In this document: positions 1 through 11,786 of the stretch, piece after piece | How positions within the stretch are numbered: position 1 is the first letter of the stretch | How the letters are laid out: each line of letters opens with the position of its first letter | Assembly (NCBI GenBank): GCA_963731995.1 | Contig: CAVSXV010000004.1 | Location: 64,973-128,972, forward strand | Direction: 5' to 3' | Length of the DNA: 64,000 nt | Source: an uncultured Chloroflexia bacterium | GTDB taxonomy: Bacteria; Chloroflexota; Limnocylindria; Limnocylindrales; CSP1-4 | The notes under the pieces: generated by a model | What the model was told of the DNA's origin: nothing | The model's input: the letters and a program-made list of their open reading frames with translations, nothing else | The model's database searches: none | Program-made: the position numbers and the translations under genes

Positions 1-458
1 GCTGGGCGGCCCTGACCGATGTCCCGCTGCCGGGTGCCGAGCTGGGCCTCTCGGCCGAGGCGCTCGCACGCATGCTGGCCGTGCCCGGCTGTGTCGCCTT
101 CAGTGCGCTCGCCGAGGACGGCCCGGTCGCGATGGCGGTGGTCTACGTCAGCGGTGACGACGCCCACCTGCACGCAGTGACCAGCTCAGCGCTGGGCGAG
201 CAGCTGGGCGCTCGCTATGCCTTGGTACAGACGATGGTCGAGGACATGGCCGGCCGTGGGCTGCGCTTCCTCGACCTCGGCAGCGCCGATGCCGACCCGG
301 CCTTCATGGGCGGTTGGACCGAGATCTCCCGGCCCTCGTTCGGCTGCGGTCGGGTCATCGACCGTGTCGCCTACGAGCAGCTGACGGCGGCCGTGGCGAC
401 GACCGGCAGCGGGGCCTTCCCGGCCTACCGCGACCGAGCGGCTAGACTCGCGCCATGA
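1..458 (+). CDS. C-terminal part of an acetyltransferase-like (GNAT/FemAB-type) protein; 5' end lies outside the window
   Basis: The frame of ORF 72..458 stays open back to nt 3 (WAALTDVPLPGAELGLSAEALARMLAVPG...), so the gene starts upstream of the window. Its TGA stop (456-458) overlaps the rmlB ATG (ATGA). The family call rests only on weak resemblance. Confidence 0.3.
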   Translation, partial: WAALTDVPLPGAELGLSAEALARMLAVPGCVAFSALAEDGPVAMAVVYVSGDDAHLHAVTSSALGEQLGARYALVQTMVEDMAGRGLRFLDLGSADADPAFMGGWTEISRPSFGCGRVIDRVAYEQLTAAVATTGSGAFPAYRDRAARLAP

Positions 459-1501
459 GGATCCTTGTCACCGGCGGAGCCGGGTTCATCGGCTCGACCT
501 TCGTCCGTCGGCGCCTCGCCGACACCGCCGACAGCATCATCGTCGTGGACAAGCTGACCTACGCCGGCAATCCCGCCAACCTGGCCGGCCTGGCCGAGGA
601 CCGGGCCACGCGCGATCGGTACCGTTTCGTGCAGGCGGACATCGCTGATGAGCCCCGCATGTCGGAGCTGGCCGCCGAGGCCGACGCCATCGTCAACTTC
701 GCCGCCGAATCGCACGTCGATCGCTCCATCCTCGAGCCGACCGCCTTCCTGCACACCGGTGTCATGGGCGTGTACGCCCTGCTCGAGGCGGCACTGCAGC
801 AGTCGCGGGCACGGGACGGCGCCTTCCGCCTGCTGCAGGTCTCGACCGACGAGGTGTATGGCCCGGTGCCCGCAGGGCTCTCGGTGGAGTCCGACCCCAT
901 CCGTCCGACCTCGCCCTACAGTGCGGCCAAGGCCGCCGGCGAACACCTCGTGGCGGCCTACCACGAGACGCATGGCCTCGACACGGTCATCACCCGGGGG
1001 GCCAACACCTACGGCCCCAACCAGTACCCCGAGAAGCTCATCCCGCTGTTCGTGACCAACGCCCTCGACGACGAGCCGCTGCCGATGTACGGCGACGGCA
1101 TGCAGCGGCGGGACTGGCTCTACGTGGCCGACCACGCCGAAGGCATCAGCGTCGCGCTCGACCGTGGGCAGGCCGGTGCCGCCTACAACGTCTCCGGCGA
1201 CGGCGTGGAGCGGCCCAATCGTGCGGTCACCGAGGCCATCCTCGAACACCTGGGCAAGCCCTGGTCGCTGGTGCGCACCGTGCCCGACCGACCCGGTCAC
1301 GATCGCCGCTATGCGCTCGATGGTTCACGGCTGCGAGCCCTCGGGTGGGCGCCGGCGACGACCTTCGAGGCGGGCATCGCGCAGACCATCGACTGGTACG
1401 CGGCCAACCGCGAGTGGTGGGAGCCCATCAAGTCCGGGGACTGGGATGACTACTACCGTGAGCAATACGCCTGGCGCCTGGAGCAGTCGAAGGACGCCTG
1501 A
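455..1501 (+). CDS. rmlB: dTDP-glucose 4,6-dehydratase
   Basis: Intact 348-aa ORF. It has the Rossmann motif 'MRILVTGGAGFIGS', 'DKLTYAGN', the catalytic 'YSAAKAA' (YxxxK) and the RmlB-typical C-terminus 'DWYAANREWWEPIKSG'. Confidence 0.95.
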   Translation: MRILVTGGAGFIGSTFVRRRLADTADSIIVVDKLTYAGNPANLAGLAEDRATRDRYRFVQADIADEPRMSELAAEADAIVNFAAESHVDRSILEPTAFLHTGVMGVYALLEAALQQSRARDGAFRLLQVSTDEVYGPVPAGLSVESDPIRPTSPYSAAKAAGEHLVAAYHETHGLDTVITRGANTYGPNQYPEKLIPLFVTNALDDEPLPMYGDGMQRRDWLYVADHAEGISVALDRGQAGAAYNVSGDGVERPNRAVTEAILEHLGKPWSLVRTVPDRPGHDRRYALDGSRLRALGWAPATTFEAGIAQTIDWYAANREWWEPIKSGDWDDYYREQYAWRLEQSKDA

Positions 1502-1635
1502 CGGGTCCGGCGCTCACGCGTGACTCGGCCATGACGCGCTAGACTTCGGCAGCGCGCAGCATCGGCCGGGATGGCCCCAGTGGCACCGCTTGCGGATGCG
1601 CCCCGATACGACCACCACCGGAGAACCGTCTACGC

Positions 1636-3440
1636 ATGACCTCGAAGACAGCGCCACCGAAGGAGTCCCTCCGCGACCGCATCTCCCACCGCCTTTCGAC
1701 GGGCAAGCGACGGCCGCCACATCGACCCTGAGGCGCAGCACACCCGGAACATCAACTGGATCTTCTACGGGCTCATCGTGGTCATCGTGGTGGTCATCGT
1801 GGGCGGGCTCGCTCTATGGCTTCTGGGAGAGCAACCTGAAGCCGGTCGCCTCGGTCGACGGCACGGACATCACGCGCAGCCAGCTGGACGATCGCAAGAA
1901 GCTCGAGGACTTCCGGGCATCCCGCCTGCAGGCCCAGACGACGACCGCCCTGGCCGCCGGCGACATCGATGCCGACCTCGCGAGCACCCGCCTGGCGCTC
2001 GCGGACTCCCTGCGACCCGGCACCGACGACGTCGTGGCTACGGAGCTGGTGGACCTCGTCTTCAAGGAGCAGCTCGCGGCTCAGGAAGGCGTGGAGCTGA
2101 GCGAGGGGGAGCTGGAAGCCGCGGTCGCGGCTGACGGCACCGTCTCCGAGTCGCGCCACGTTGACGCGGTCTTCGTCATCACTGCCGAGCAGGAAGCCGG
2201 TGGCGGCCGCGACCGACGCGGGCATCGCCGACGCCCGCGAGCGCGCCGCGCGCGTGGCCGAGGGGCTCGCTGCCGGCGAAGACGCCACACAGCTGGCCGA
2301 GACCTACGGTCCCGCCAGCACCGACTCGGCCTGGATCACCGCCGAGGCCGACATCGGCAGCGCCGAGTGGGCCGCTGCCGATCTACGCCGCCGAGGAGGG
2401 CAGCGTGGCCGAGATCGTCGAGGCTCCCACCGGCGAGCAGCTGGTGGCGCTGGTCTCACGAGGTGGTCCCCGCGACGCCCGACCCCGGCTTCATCGAGGC
2501 CGTCAACAGCGCTGTCGGCGAGGATGTCCACCGCCGCAACGTCGAGCTCGAGACGCTCGCGGACAAGCTCGAGCAGCACGATCACCGACGAGGCCCTGGC
2601 CAAGCGAATACGACCAGGTGCTGCTGGGCGAGATCTTCGTCGAGCGCAACCCCGTCACCAGCGATGACAGCGCCGGCGAGGCGCGTGCCAGCCACATCCT
2701 CTACCAGCCCGAGACCCCGCTCGACGCGGAGGGCAATCCCACCGCCGTCGCCGACCTGCCGGCCGACGATCCGGCCTGGGACGCCGCCGAGGCCGAGGCG
2801 CAGGCTGCCTTCGACGAGCTCTCCGCGATCGAAGACCCTGATGAGCGCGCCGCTGCCTTCGCCGAGCGCGCCATCGCCGAGAGCGACGGCCCCAGTGCCC
2901 CGCAGGGTGGCGACCTCGGCTGGTTCCCGCGCGAGGGCGTGATGGTCAGCGAGTTCACTGACGCCATCTGGGAGAACGTCGATCCCGCAGCCGGCGACAT
3001 CCTGGGTCCGGTTCGCACCGAGTTCGGCTGGCATGTCATCGAGTTCGAGGGGTTCCGCTCCTCGCTCGACGTGCGTGTCGGCGAGGTCGAGGGGGCGTTG
3101 GCCGCCGAGGGTGCCGACTTCGACGCGGTCGCGGCCGAGTACTCCGACGACCCGGCCGCCGCTGACGGCCCTGTCAGCTCGTGGAAGGTGCTCGAACAGC
3201 TGTCCGAGAGCCTCAGGCTCGAGCTGGAGGCGATGGAGATCGGTGACACCACCGGCGGCATCGACGAGGGCGACGGCTACTACTTCTACCAGCTGCAGGA
3301 CGAGGACGGTCCGCCCGCTCGATGAGGAGGATGCGGCGCTGGTCGCCGAGAACGCCTTCTTCGACTGGTACGACCTGCTCTACTACGACGCCGAGGACGC
3401 GGGTCGCATCAGCATCGACGACTCCCTCTACGGGAACTAG
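1636..3440 (+). pseudogene. Membrane-anchored PpiC/parvulin-type peptidyl-prolyl isomerase (SurA/PrsA-like), with many frame disruptions
   Basis: Frame-hopping reconstruction. ATG 1636 gives 'MTSKTAPPKESL'. A TM segment 'NWIFYGLIVVIVVVIVGG' follows. The parvulin core is 'GGDLGWFPREGVMVSEFTDAIW...GPVRTEFGWHVIEFEGF' (frame of ORF 2405..3325). The tail is 'DWYDLLYYDAEDAGRISIDDSLYGN*' (frame of ORF 3033..3440). About 8 frame changes are needed. Confidence 0.7.
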
Positions 3441-5152
<1,712 letters not shown>

Positions 5153-5156
<4 letters not shown>

Positions 5157-5899
5157 GCATCACAGGTGGGGCGCGCTTCCGCCTCGACGGACGGACGCCG
5201 GGCCAGATGCGCCCGGTGAACGTGCAGATGGACGTGCAGAAGTGGGCGACCGCCTCGCTCATCTGGCAACAGGGCGACACGCACGTGCTCTGCTCGGCCA
5301 CGGTCGAGGACCGCATCCCGCCGTTCCTGCGCGGCAAGGGCGTCGGCTGGGTTACCGCCGAATACGCGATGTTGCCGACGGCGACCTCCGAGCGCATGCA
5401 GCGCGAGTCGGTGAAGGGCAAGCTCGGGGGCCGCACCTACGAGATCCAGCGGCTCATCGGCCGGTCCCTGCGTGGCGTGGTGAACACCTCGGCCATGGGT
5501 GAGCGCACGGTGACCATCGACTGCGACGTCATCCAGGCCGACGGCGGCACCCGCTGTGCCTCGATCACCGGCGGCTACGTGGCGCTGGTGCTGGCCCTGC
5601 GCAAGGCCGGGCTCGAGCGGGCGATCGTGAGCAAGATCGCGGCCATCTCGGTCGGCTTCGTGGACGGCCAGGGCCTGCTCGACCTGGAGTACCGCGAGGA
5701 CAGCAGCGCGGAGGTCGACTTCAACGTCATCGGCACCGATGCCGGCACCTACGTGGAGCTGCAGGGCACCGCCGAGGGCAAGCCCTTCAGCCGGGCCCAG
5801 ACGACCGAGCTGCTGGACCTCGCCGATGGCGGGCTCAAGAAGCTCTTCGACATCCAGGATGCGGTGCTCGCCGGAGAGGCGGCCAAGGCCAAGCCATGA
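5153..5899 (+). CDS. rph: Ribonuclease PH
   Basis: Intact. Diagnostic strings are '[13 protein letters not shown]', '[21 protein letters not shown]', '[16 protein letters not shown]' and '[12 protein letters not shown]'. ATG 5153 overlaps the mazG stop (ATGA). Confidence 0.95.
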
Positions 5900-6510
5900 C
5901 GCGGCGGCTGCTGCTGGCCTCGCGTTCGCGCCACAAGGTCGCCGAGCTCGGGGAGCTGCTCGGCCTCGACGATGTCGTGCTGGTCACGCCCGACGAGGTC
6001 GGTGTCGAGGGCGAGCCGGTCGAGGATGCCGAGTCCTTCGAGGGCAACGCCCGCATCAAGGTCCGCTACTACGCCCAGCGCTCGGGACTGCCGACGCTCG
6101 CCGATGACTCCGGTTTGGAGGTCGACGCGCTCGCTGGCGCGCCCGGTGTCTACACCAAGCGCTACGCTGGTCCCGAGGCCACCGACGAGGACAACAACAG
6201 CAAGCTGCTCGGGGAGCTCGAAGGGTTGCCCGCCGAACAGCGCGGTGCCCGCTACCAGTGCGTGTTGGCCTTCCTCGATCCGTCGGTCGGGGGCGATCCG
6301 GTCTGCCGGGACGGTTCCTTCGAGGGCCGCATCGCGATCGAACGGCGAGGCAGCGGCGGCTTCGGCTACGACCCTATCTTCGAGCCGGCCGGCGAGGCGC
6401 CGGGCGGCCGGACGGTCGGGCAGATGAGCAGCGAGGAGAAGCACCGGCTGTCGCATCGCGGCCAGGCCGCACGTGCGATGGCCGAGTACCTCGAAGGGGA
6501 GGGCTGGTAG
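5896..6510 (+). CDS. rdgB: Non-canonical purine NTP pyrophosphatase (RdgB/HAM1 family)
   Basis: Intact 204-aa ORF with '[24 protein letters not shown]' and '[13 protein letters not shown]'. It sits in the conserved rph-rdgB adjacency. Confidence 0.9.
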   Translation: MTRRLLLASRSRHKVAELGELLGLDDVVLVTPDEVGVEGEPVEDAESFEGNARIKVRYYAQRSGLPTLADDSGLEVDALAGAPGVYTKRYAGPEATDEDNNSKLLGELEGLPAEQRGARYQCVLAFLDPSVGGDPVCRDGSFEGRIAIERRGSGGFGYDPIFEPAGEAPGGRTVGQMSSEEKHRLSHRGQAARAMAEYLEGEGW

Positions 6511-7446
6511 ATGTGGAGCGAGCCGCGACCACGGGTGGTCATCGCCGGTGAGGCGCTGATCGATCTCATCATCGGGCGAGACGGTTCGGTCACACCCGCA
6601 GCCGGGGGTGGACAGTACAACGCCGCTCGTGCCCTGGCCCGCCTCGGTGGCGATGTCGAGTTCCTGGGCCGGCTCGGCGACGACTGGTTCGGCAGGCTGC
6701 TGCGCAGGAAGCTGGAGGAGGACGGCGTGGGCACCTCGCTGGTCGTCGACACCGCTGACCCCACCACGCTCGTGCTCGCGGAGATCGACCAGGCCGGCGC
6801 CGCGCACTACCACTGGTACATCGAGCGGACGACCGTGCCGGGGTTGGAGCTCGACGATGCCCTGGCGGCCTTGTCGCCGGCGCCCGATGCGCTCCACGTG
6901 GGCACGCTGGGCCTGGCCATGGAGCCCATCGCCGACTCGCTCGCGGCACTCGTGGCGCAGGTGCCCGAGTCGACGTTCGTGATGGTCGACCCCAACTGCC
7001 GGCCCACCGCGACGCCTGACTTCGAGCGCTACCAGGCGCGCATGCGCCGAGTCATCGAGCGTGCCGACGTGGTCAAGGGCAGTGACGAGGACTTCGAGTA
7101 CCTCGCCCTCGCCGAGACGCCGGAGGCGACGGCCCGGCTGTTGCTGGAGCAGGGCGTGGGTGCCGTGCTGGTGACCCAGGGCGCTGACCCGGCGCGCGGC
7201 TTCTGCGCCGGCGGCGAGGTCTCCGTGCCGGTGCCGACGGTGCAGGTGTCAGACACGGTCGGGGCCGGGGACACCTTCGGTGGCTCGTTCCTGGCCTATT
7301 GGCTGGAGCACGGGTTGGGGCGCCGGGAGCTCGACGACGCCCACCTGCTGGAGGACGCGATGACGTTCGCGGCGCGGGCCGCGGCCATCAACTGCACGCG
7401 GGCCGGAGCCGAGCCTCCCACCCGCGAGGAGATGGGCCTCGGCTGA
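6511..7446 (+). CDS. PfkB-family carbohydrate kinase (fructokinase-like)
   Basis: Intact 311-aa ORF. The N-terminal 'VVIAGEALIDLI' and C-terminal 'DTVGAGDTFGGSFL' are the PfkB signatures. Confidence 0.8.
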   Translation: MWSEPRPRVVIAGEALIDLIIGRDGSVTPAAGGGQYNAARALARLGGDVEFLGRLGDDWFGRLLRRKLEEDGVGTSLVVDTADPTTLVLAEIDQAGAAHYHWYIERTTVPGLELDDALAALSPAPDALHVGTLGLAMEPIADSLAALVAQVPESTFVMVDPNCRPTATPDFERYQARMRRVIERADVVKGSDEDFEYLALAETPEATARLLLEQGVGAVLVTQGADPARGFCAGGEVSVPVPTVQVSDTVGAGDTFGGSFLAYWLEHGLGRRELDDAHLLEDAMTFAARAAAINCTRAGAEPPTREEMGLG

Positions 7447-7542
7447 GGGACCGGACGCCGTCCCTGAGGCCGATGGGACATCGGTGGTCACCGGCCGCAG
7501 CGTGGGCGCAGGTGGGCGGCAACGCTGCCGGCTGCGGGTGGA

Positions 7543-7599
7543 GACCTGTGTTCGGGGTAGCGACCTGTGTTCGGGGTAGCGACCCGTGTTCGGGGTGGT
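7543..7599. repeat. Three tandem copies of a 19-bp unit (gacctgtgttcggggtagc) in non-coding DNA
   Basis: Read directly. Copies 7543-7561 and 7562-7580 are identical. Copy 7581-7599 has 2 substitutions (gacccgtgttcggggtggt). The repeat lies in the ~720-bp gene-free spacer between the PfkB-kinase gene and the LacI-family gene. Confidence 0.9.
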
Positions 7600-8003
7600 G
7601 TCTGGGCGTGTGACCGACCCTGCGCGGCGTCCGGTGGATTCCCGCATCGCGGTAGCCCTGATGGCGGATCGCCGGGCCACCGTCGGCCGGTGCAACTGAT
7701 CAAATGGTCCGTGTGGTGGCCTTAGCCACCTGTGAGGCACCGAACCAGGTCGTTCGGCTCGTGTGAGGCCGTCCGATATGCCCCGGCATGCTTGGATCGG
7801 CCTCCGGCGGACCATGAAGCGACGTGGGAACACGCCGGCGACGGCAATGGATCTGGCGAGCGCCACCCAGTGGGCCATCTGACCAGGTACAGAGCGGCCA
7901 CACCTACTCGTCCGCGGCCCGAAACCGGAGCGCTAGCACCCCTCGATTTTGGCGGTCCCAGCCGTCGGTAGGGGGTTGACAAAGCCGAAATCTGGTGCAA
8001 TGT

Positions 8004-8022
8004 ATCGATTTACTGAAACGAT
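8004..8022. promoter_or_regulatory. Imperfect palindrome, candidate LacI-family operator; a TTGACA hexamer lies at 7976-7981
   Basis: 'atcgatttactgaaacgat' is self-complementary at 14 of 19 positions (ATCGaTTtA-c-TgAAaCGAT). It is locally AT-rich and sits ~150 nt upstream of the LacI-family start. I could not find a convincing -10 hexamer. Confidence 0.3.
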
Positions 8023-8168
8023 TGAGTTGGGGACGGCGTGGACCAGGGAGGGTTTCGCCGGACTCGATCGTCAAGGAGGAGACGGGAATTGACCGAGGAT
8101 CGCTCGGTCGCGCCGGGGGAGGTGCAGGCCGCAGGCTCTCGACAGCGCCACGCCGTCGTCCTGCGCGC

Positions 8169-9212
8169 ATGTCAGACGTGGCCATGGCGGCCGGCGTCTC
8201 TACCACCACGGTCTCCCTCGTGCTCAGCGGCAAGGCCGGCGGCTCCATCCCCGATGTCACCAAGGAGCGCGTCTTCGAGGCCAGCCGTGCCCTGGGCTAC
8301 CGCACCAACGCGGTCGCGCGCAACCTGCGCCGCCAGTCGAGCGAGACCATCGGGCTGATCAGTGACACCATCGCCTCCACGCCGTACGGCGGGCTCATGG
8401 TCCGCGGCGCCGACCAGGTCGCCGCTGCCGCGGGCATGACGCTGATGATCATCAACACCGAGCGCGACCCGGACGTCGAGGCACGCGCCATCGATTCGTT
8501 GCTGGCTCGCCAGGTCGATGGGCTCATCTACGCCACGATGTGGCATCAGATCGTCGCTCCGCCCGCGGAGCTCCGCGAGATCCCGTCGGTCCTGCTCGAC
8601 GCTCGATCCGAGGGTCCGCTCGACTCGTGGGTGATACCGGACGAGGAGCTCGGTGGCTACACCGCCACGAGCCATCTCATCGAGCACGGCCACCGACGGA
8701 TCGGCTACATCCACGAAGAGAACTTCTATCCCGCGCAGCCAGAGCGCTTCGCCGGCTACCGCCGTGCTCTCGAGGAACACGGTCTCGAGTTCGATCCGGG
8801 ACTCGTGGCCGCGGACATGAACGATCCCTTCGGTGGGACCGCCGCCGCGGCGCGTCTCCTCGAGCTCGCCCAGCCGCCGACCGCTATCCAGTGCTACACC
8901 GACCGCATGGCCATGGGCGCCTACCGCGCCATCCGCCACGCTGGGCTCTCCATTCCCCGCGATATCTCTGTCATCGGGTTCGACAACCAGGACCAGATCG
9001 CGCCCTGGCTCGATCCGCCGCTCACGACCATGCAGCTGCCCCATGAAGCCATGGGTCGGTGGGCCGTCGAGCACCTACTTCGTGTCCTCAGCGGTGAGGC
9101 CGAAGGACCACGTCAGCAGCGGCTCGAATGTCCGCTCGTGGTCCGTGATTCGGTCGCACCGCCCCGCAACGGGGCGGGAGTGCCGCCCCGTCCCACGCGG
9201 GGGACGTCGTGA
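8169..9212 (+). CDS. LacI-family transcriptional regulator
   Basis: The HTH 'MSDVAMAAGVSTTTVSLVLSGK' starts at ATG 8169. The sugar-binding domain is 'GLISDTIASTPYGG...DGLIYATMWH...RIGYIHEE...ISVIGFDNQD'. The ORF-track start at 7995 is probably too far upstream. Confidence 0.9.
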   Translation: MSDVAMAAGVSTTTVSLVLSGKAGGSIPDVTKERVFEASRALGYRTNAVARNLRRQSSETIGLISDTIASTPYGGLMVRGADQVAAAAGMTLMIINTERDPDVEARAIDSLLARQVDGLIYATMWHQIVAPPAELREIPSVLLDARSEGPLDSWVIPDEELGGYTATSHLIEHGHRRIGYIHEENFYPAQPERFAGYRRALEEHGLEFDPGLVAADMNDPFGGTAAAARLLELAQPPTAIQCYTDRMAMGAYRAIRHAGLSIPRDISVIGFDNQDQIAPWLDPPLTTMQLPHEAMGRWAVEHLLRVLSGEAEGPRQQRLECPLVVRDSVAPPRNGAGVPPRPTRGTS

Positions 9213-9267
9213 ACGCCTACGCCCCACGGCGGTCACGGATGGCTAGCACGGGGCAAGGAGGAAGCAT

Positions 9268-10584
9268 ATGGCCTTCAGTTCTGCCAGACGCCGCAGCGCG
9301 ACCCTGGCAATCGCCGCTCTGTCGGCAGCTCTGGTCTTCCCGACCGTTGCTGCCGCCCAGGACGGAGACAAGAAGATGATCGACATGTGGACACACTCGG
9401 CGGGCAACCCGGCCGAGCTGGCGGTCTACGACCAGATCATCGCGGACTTCAATGCTTCACAGGATGAATACGAGGTCGGGTACACCTCGTTCCCACAGGC
9501 GGACTACAACACGTCCGTGATCAGCGCCTCCCAGGGCGGGCTTCCATGCCTCCTCGATGTCGATGGTCCGGTGACGCCAAGCTGGGCGTGGTCGAACATC
9601 CTGCAGCCGCTCGATATCTCCCAGGAGGTCGTCGACACCATCCTGCCGAGTGCCACCGGCTACTGGAACGGCGACCTGTACTCGATCGGGTACTGGGACG
9701 CCGCGGTTGCCAACTACGCTCGCAAGTCGGTGTTGGAAGCCAACGGGATCCGTATCCCCACACTCGACGAGCCCTGGACGCTCGATGAGTTCGACGCGGC
9801 GCTGGAGACCCTCCAGGCCACGGGCGACTTCGACTATGCCTGGGACATCGGCATGCGGGACCAGGGTGAGTGGTATCCCTACGCCTTCTCGCCGTTCCTG
9901 CAGTCGTTCGGCGGCGACCTCATCAACCGTGACGATTACCTGACGGCCGAGGGCGTCCTCAACGGGCCGGAAGCGGTCGCCTTCGGCGAGTGGTTCCAGA
10001 GCCTGTTCGAGCGCAATCTCGTACCCGGTCCGTCCCAGACGCAGGCCGAGGCCGAGGCCGGCTTCATCGACGGCAGCTATGCCCTCCAGTGGAACGGCAA
10101 CTGGCGCGCCGTGCCGACCATCGACGGCATGGAAGCCAACGGTGAATCCGTCGACGACCTGCTGTTCCTGCCTGCGCCGGACTTCGGCAATGGCCCCAAG
10201 ATCGGCGCTGGTTCGTGGCAGTGGGGCGTGACCCCCGACTGTGAGTATCCCGAGGGGGCGAACGCCTACCTCGAGTTCTCGCTGCAGCCCCAGTACCTGG
10301 CCGCATTCGCCAACACCACCGGCCTGTTCCCGGCCAGCGCGGGCGCGCTCGAGCTGACCGACATGTACCAGCCGGGCGGCCCGCTGGAGGTCTTCTTCGA
10401 CCTCTCCGAAGCGCAGTCGCTCATCCGTCCGCCCACGCCGGCGTACAACAACATCTCCCAGAGCTTCACAACGGCACTGCTCAACATCGCCAACGGTGCT
10501 GACGTGCAGGACACGCTCGACGCGGCGGTCGACGAGATCGAGGCCGACATCGAGGCCAACGGAGGCTACGGCTTCTCCGAGTAA
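9268..10584 (+). CDS. ABC transporter extracellular sugar-binding protein
   Basis: Intact 438-aa ORF. RBS aaggagg lies 10 nt upstream. The signal peptide is 'MAFSSARRRSATLAIAALSAALVFPTVAAAQ' (no lipobox Cys). The size and composition fit family-1 solute-binding proteins, and two permease genes follow. Confidence 0.85.
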   Translation: MAFSSARRRSATLAIAALSAALVFPTVAAAQDGDKKMIDMWTHSAGNPAELAVYDQIIADFNASQDEYEVGYTSFPQADYNTSVISASQGGLPCLLDVDGPVTPSWAWSNILQPLDISQEVVDTILPSATGYWNGDLYSIGYWDAAVANYARKSVLEANGIRIPTLDEPWTLDEFDAALETLQATGDFDYAWDIGMRDQGEWYPYAFSPFLQSFGGDLINRDDYLTAEGVLNGPEAVAFGEWFQSLFERNLVPGPSQTQAEAEAGFIDGSYALQWNGNWRAVPTIDGMEANGESVDDLLFLPAPDFGNGPKIGAGSWQWGVTPDCEYPEGANAYLEFSLQPQYLAAFANTTGLFPASAGALELTDMYQPGGPLEVFFDLSEAQSLIRPPTPAYNNISQSFTTALLNIANGADVQDTLDAAVDEIEADIEANGGYGFSE

Positions 10585-10681
10585 TCAACGGTCCCAGCCG
10601 GCCAGGGCCACCAGGTCCTGGCCGGCGGGGACACCACCCACGATGTCGACGATCGTGAACACGAGGACCAGCTGATGACCG

Positions 10682-11785
10682 TTGCATCTCGCAGCGCCAA
10701 GCCCGCCAAGCGGCGGCGGTAAGGTCACCTACAAGGGTGAGAGTCGTACCGCCTGGCTCATGGCCGGCCCGGCCATGTTCCTGCTGGCCCTCTTCCTCAT
10801 CGCTCCGTTCATGCTGGCCTTCGTCCTCTCCTTCACCAACCAGCGGCTGGTCTCGCCCAATCCCACCGAGTTCGTCGGCCTCGACAACTACCGGCGCCTG
10901 TTGACCGTGCAGGTGCTGACGCTGGAGCCACTGGTGAACGAGGCCGGTGCGCCGATCCTCGACGAAGACGGCAAGTTCACCTACGAGCGGGTCCGCACCT
11001 ACACCCGCGACAACCCCGACTATCCGCAGTACGACGGACTGCAGCCGTGGCGCACGTTCGAGATCGGGGACACCCAGGTGGTGATCCTCGCCGGTGACGC
11101 CACGTTCCTCACGGCCCTCATCAACACCTTCGTCTTCGCCCTGTTCATCGTGCCGATCCAGGCCGGCCTGGCGTTGGGCTTGGCCCTGCTCATCAACAAA
11201 CGGGTCCGGGGCGTGAACCTCTTCCGCAGTGTCTACTTCATACCGGTCGTCATCTCGATGGTCGTGGTCTCCATCCTGTGGTCCCTGCTGTATTCACAGA
11301 ACGGGCTGGTGAACCAGATGCTCGGGACCGTGACCCTCGGGGCCTTCCCGAGGCTGGACTGGCTGGGTGACCCCGGCACCGCGCTCCCGGCCATCATGTT
11401 CATGTCCGTGTGGCAGGGCGTGGGCTTCCAGATGGTCATCTGGCTGGCGGGACTCCAGACCATCCCCTATGTGCTCTACGAGGCCGCCCAGCTCGACGGT
11501 GCCGGTCGCTGGAACCAGTTCCGGCATGTGACCTGGCCGGGCTTGCGCAACACGGCCATCTTCATCTTCATCGTCATCACCATCCAGGCGTTCGCGCTCT
11601 TCACCCAGATCGACGTGATGACCCAGGGTGGACCGCTCGATGCGACCCAGACGGTCATCTACCAGGCGGTCGTGGACGGCTTCCAGCGCTTGGATATCTC
11701 ATACGGCTCGACGATCGCGGTCGTGTTCTTCGCCATGGTGCTGGTCGTCTCACTGATCCAGCGCTGGCTCACGAGGGAGCGTTGA
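10682..11785 (+). CDS. ABC sugar transporter permease (MalF/UgpA-like)
   Basis: The EAA-loop region is 'YEAAQLDGAGRWNQFRHVTWPGLRN', with multiple TM segments. The true start is uncertain (TTG 10682 or GTG 10724). Confidence 0.85.
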   Translation: MHLAAPSPPSGGGKVTYKGESRTAWLMAGPAMFLLALFLIAPFMLAFVLSFTNQRLVSPNPTEFVGLDNYRRLLTVQVLTLEPLVNEAGAPILDEDGKFTYERVRTYTRDNPDYPQYDGLQPWRTFEIGDTQVVILAGDATFLTALINTFVFALFIVPIQAGLALGLALLINKRVRGVNLFRSVYFIPVVISMVVVSILWSLLYSQNGLVNQMLGTVTLGAFPRLDWLGDPGTALPAIMFMSVWQGVGFQMVIWLAGLQTIPYVLYEAAQLDGAGRWNQFRHVTWPGLRNTAIFIFIVITIQAFALFTQIDVMTQGGPLDATQTVIYQAVVDGFQRLDISYGSTIAVVFFAMVLVVSLIQRWLTRER

Positions 11786-11786
11786 C

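Noticed and set aside
425-1300. Long ORFs antisense to or out of frame with confidently called genes. Examples: 425..1300(-), 5749..6897(-), 12768..14111(-), 13160..14188(-), 53637..54665(+), 56281..57726(-), 56571..57650(+), 60146..61318(+)
   Set aside because: These are typical stop-codon-poor shadow ORFs of high-GC DNA. Their translations are Arg/Pro/Gly/Ala-rich low-complexity sequence with no recognisable motifs, and each overlaps a gene with strong family signatures on the other strand or frame.
7543-7599. CRISPR array
   Set aside because: The three 19-bp units are directly contiguous with no spacers, too short for CRISPR repeats, and there are no cas genes. This is a simple tandem repeat.
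7995-8168. N-terminal 58-aa extension of the LacI-family regulator as given by the ORF track
   Set aside because: The extension is Arg/Gly-rich with no similarity to regulators. The canonical HTH begins immediately at ATG 8169 ('MSDVAMAAGVSTTTVS'), as in other LacI-family proteins.
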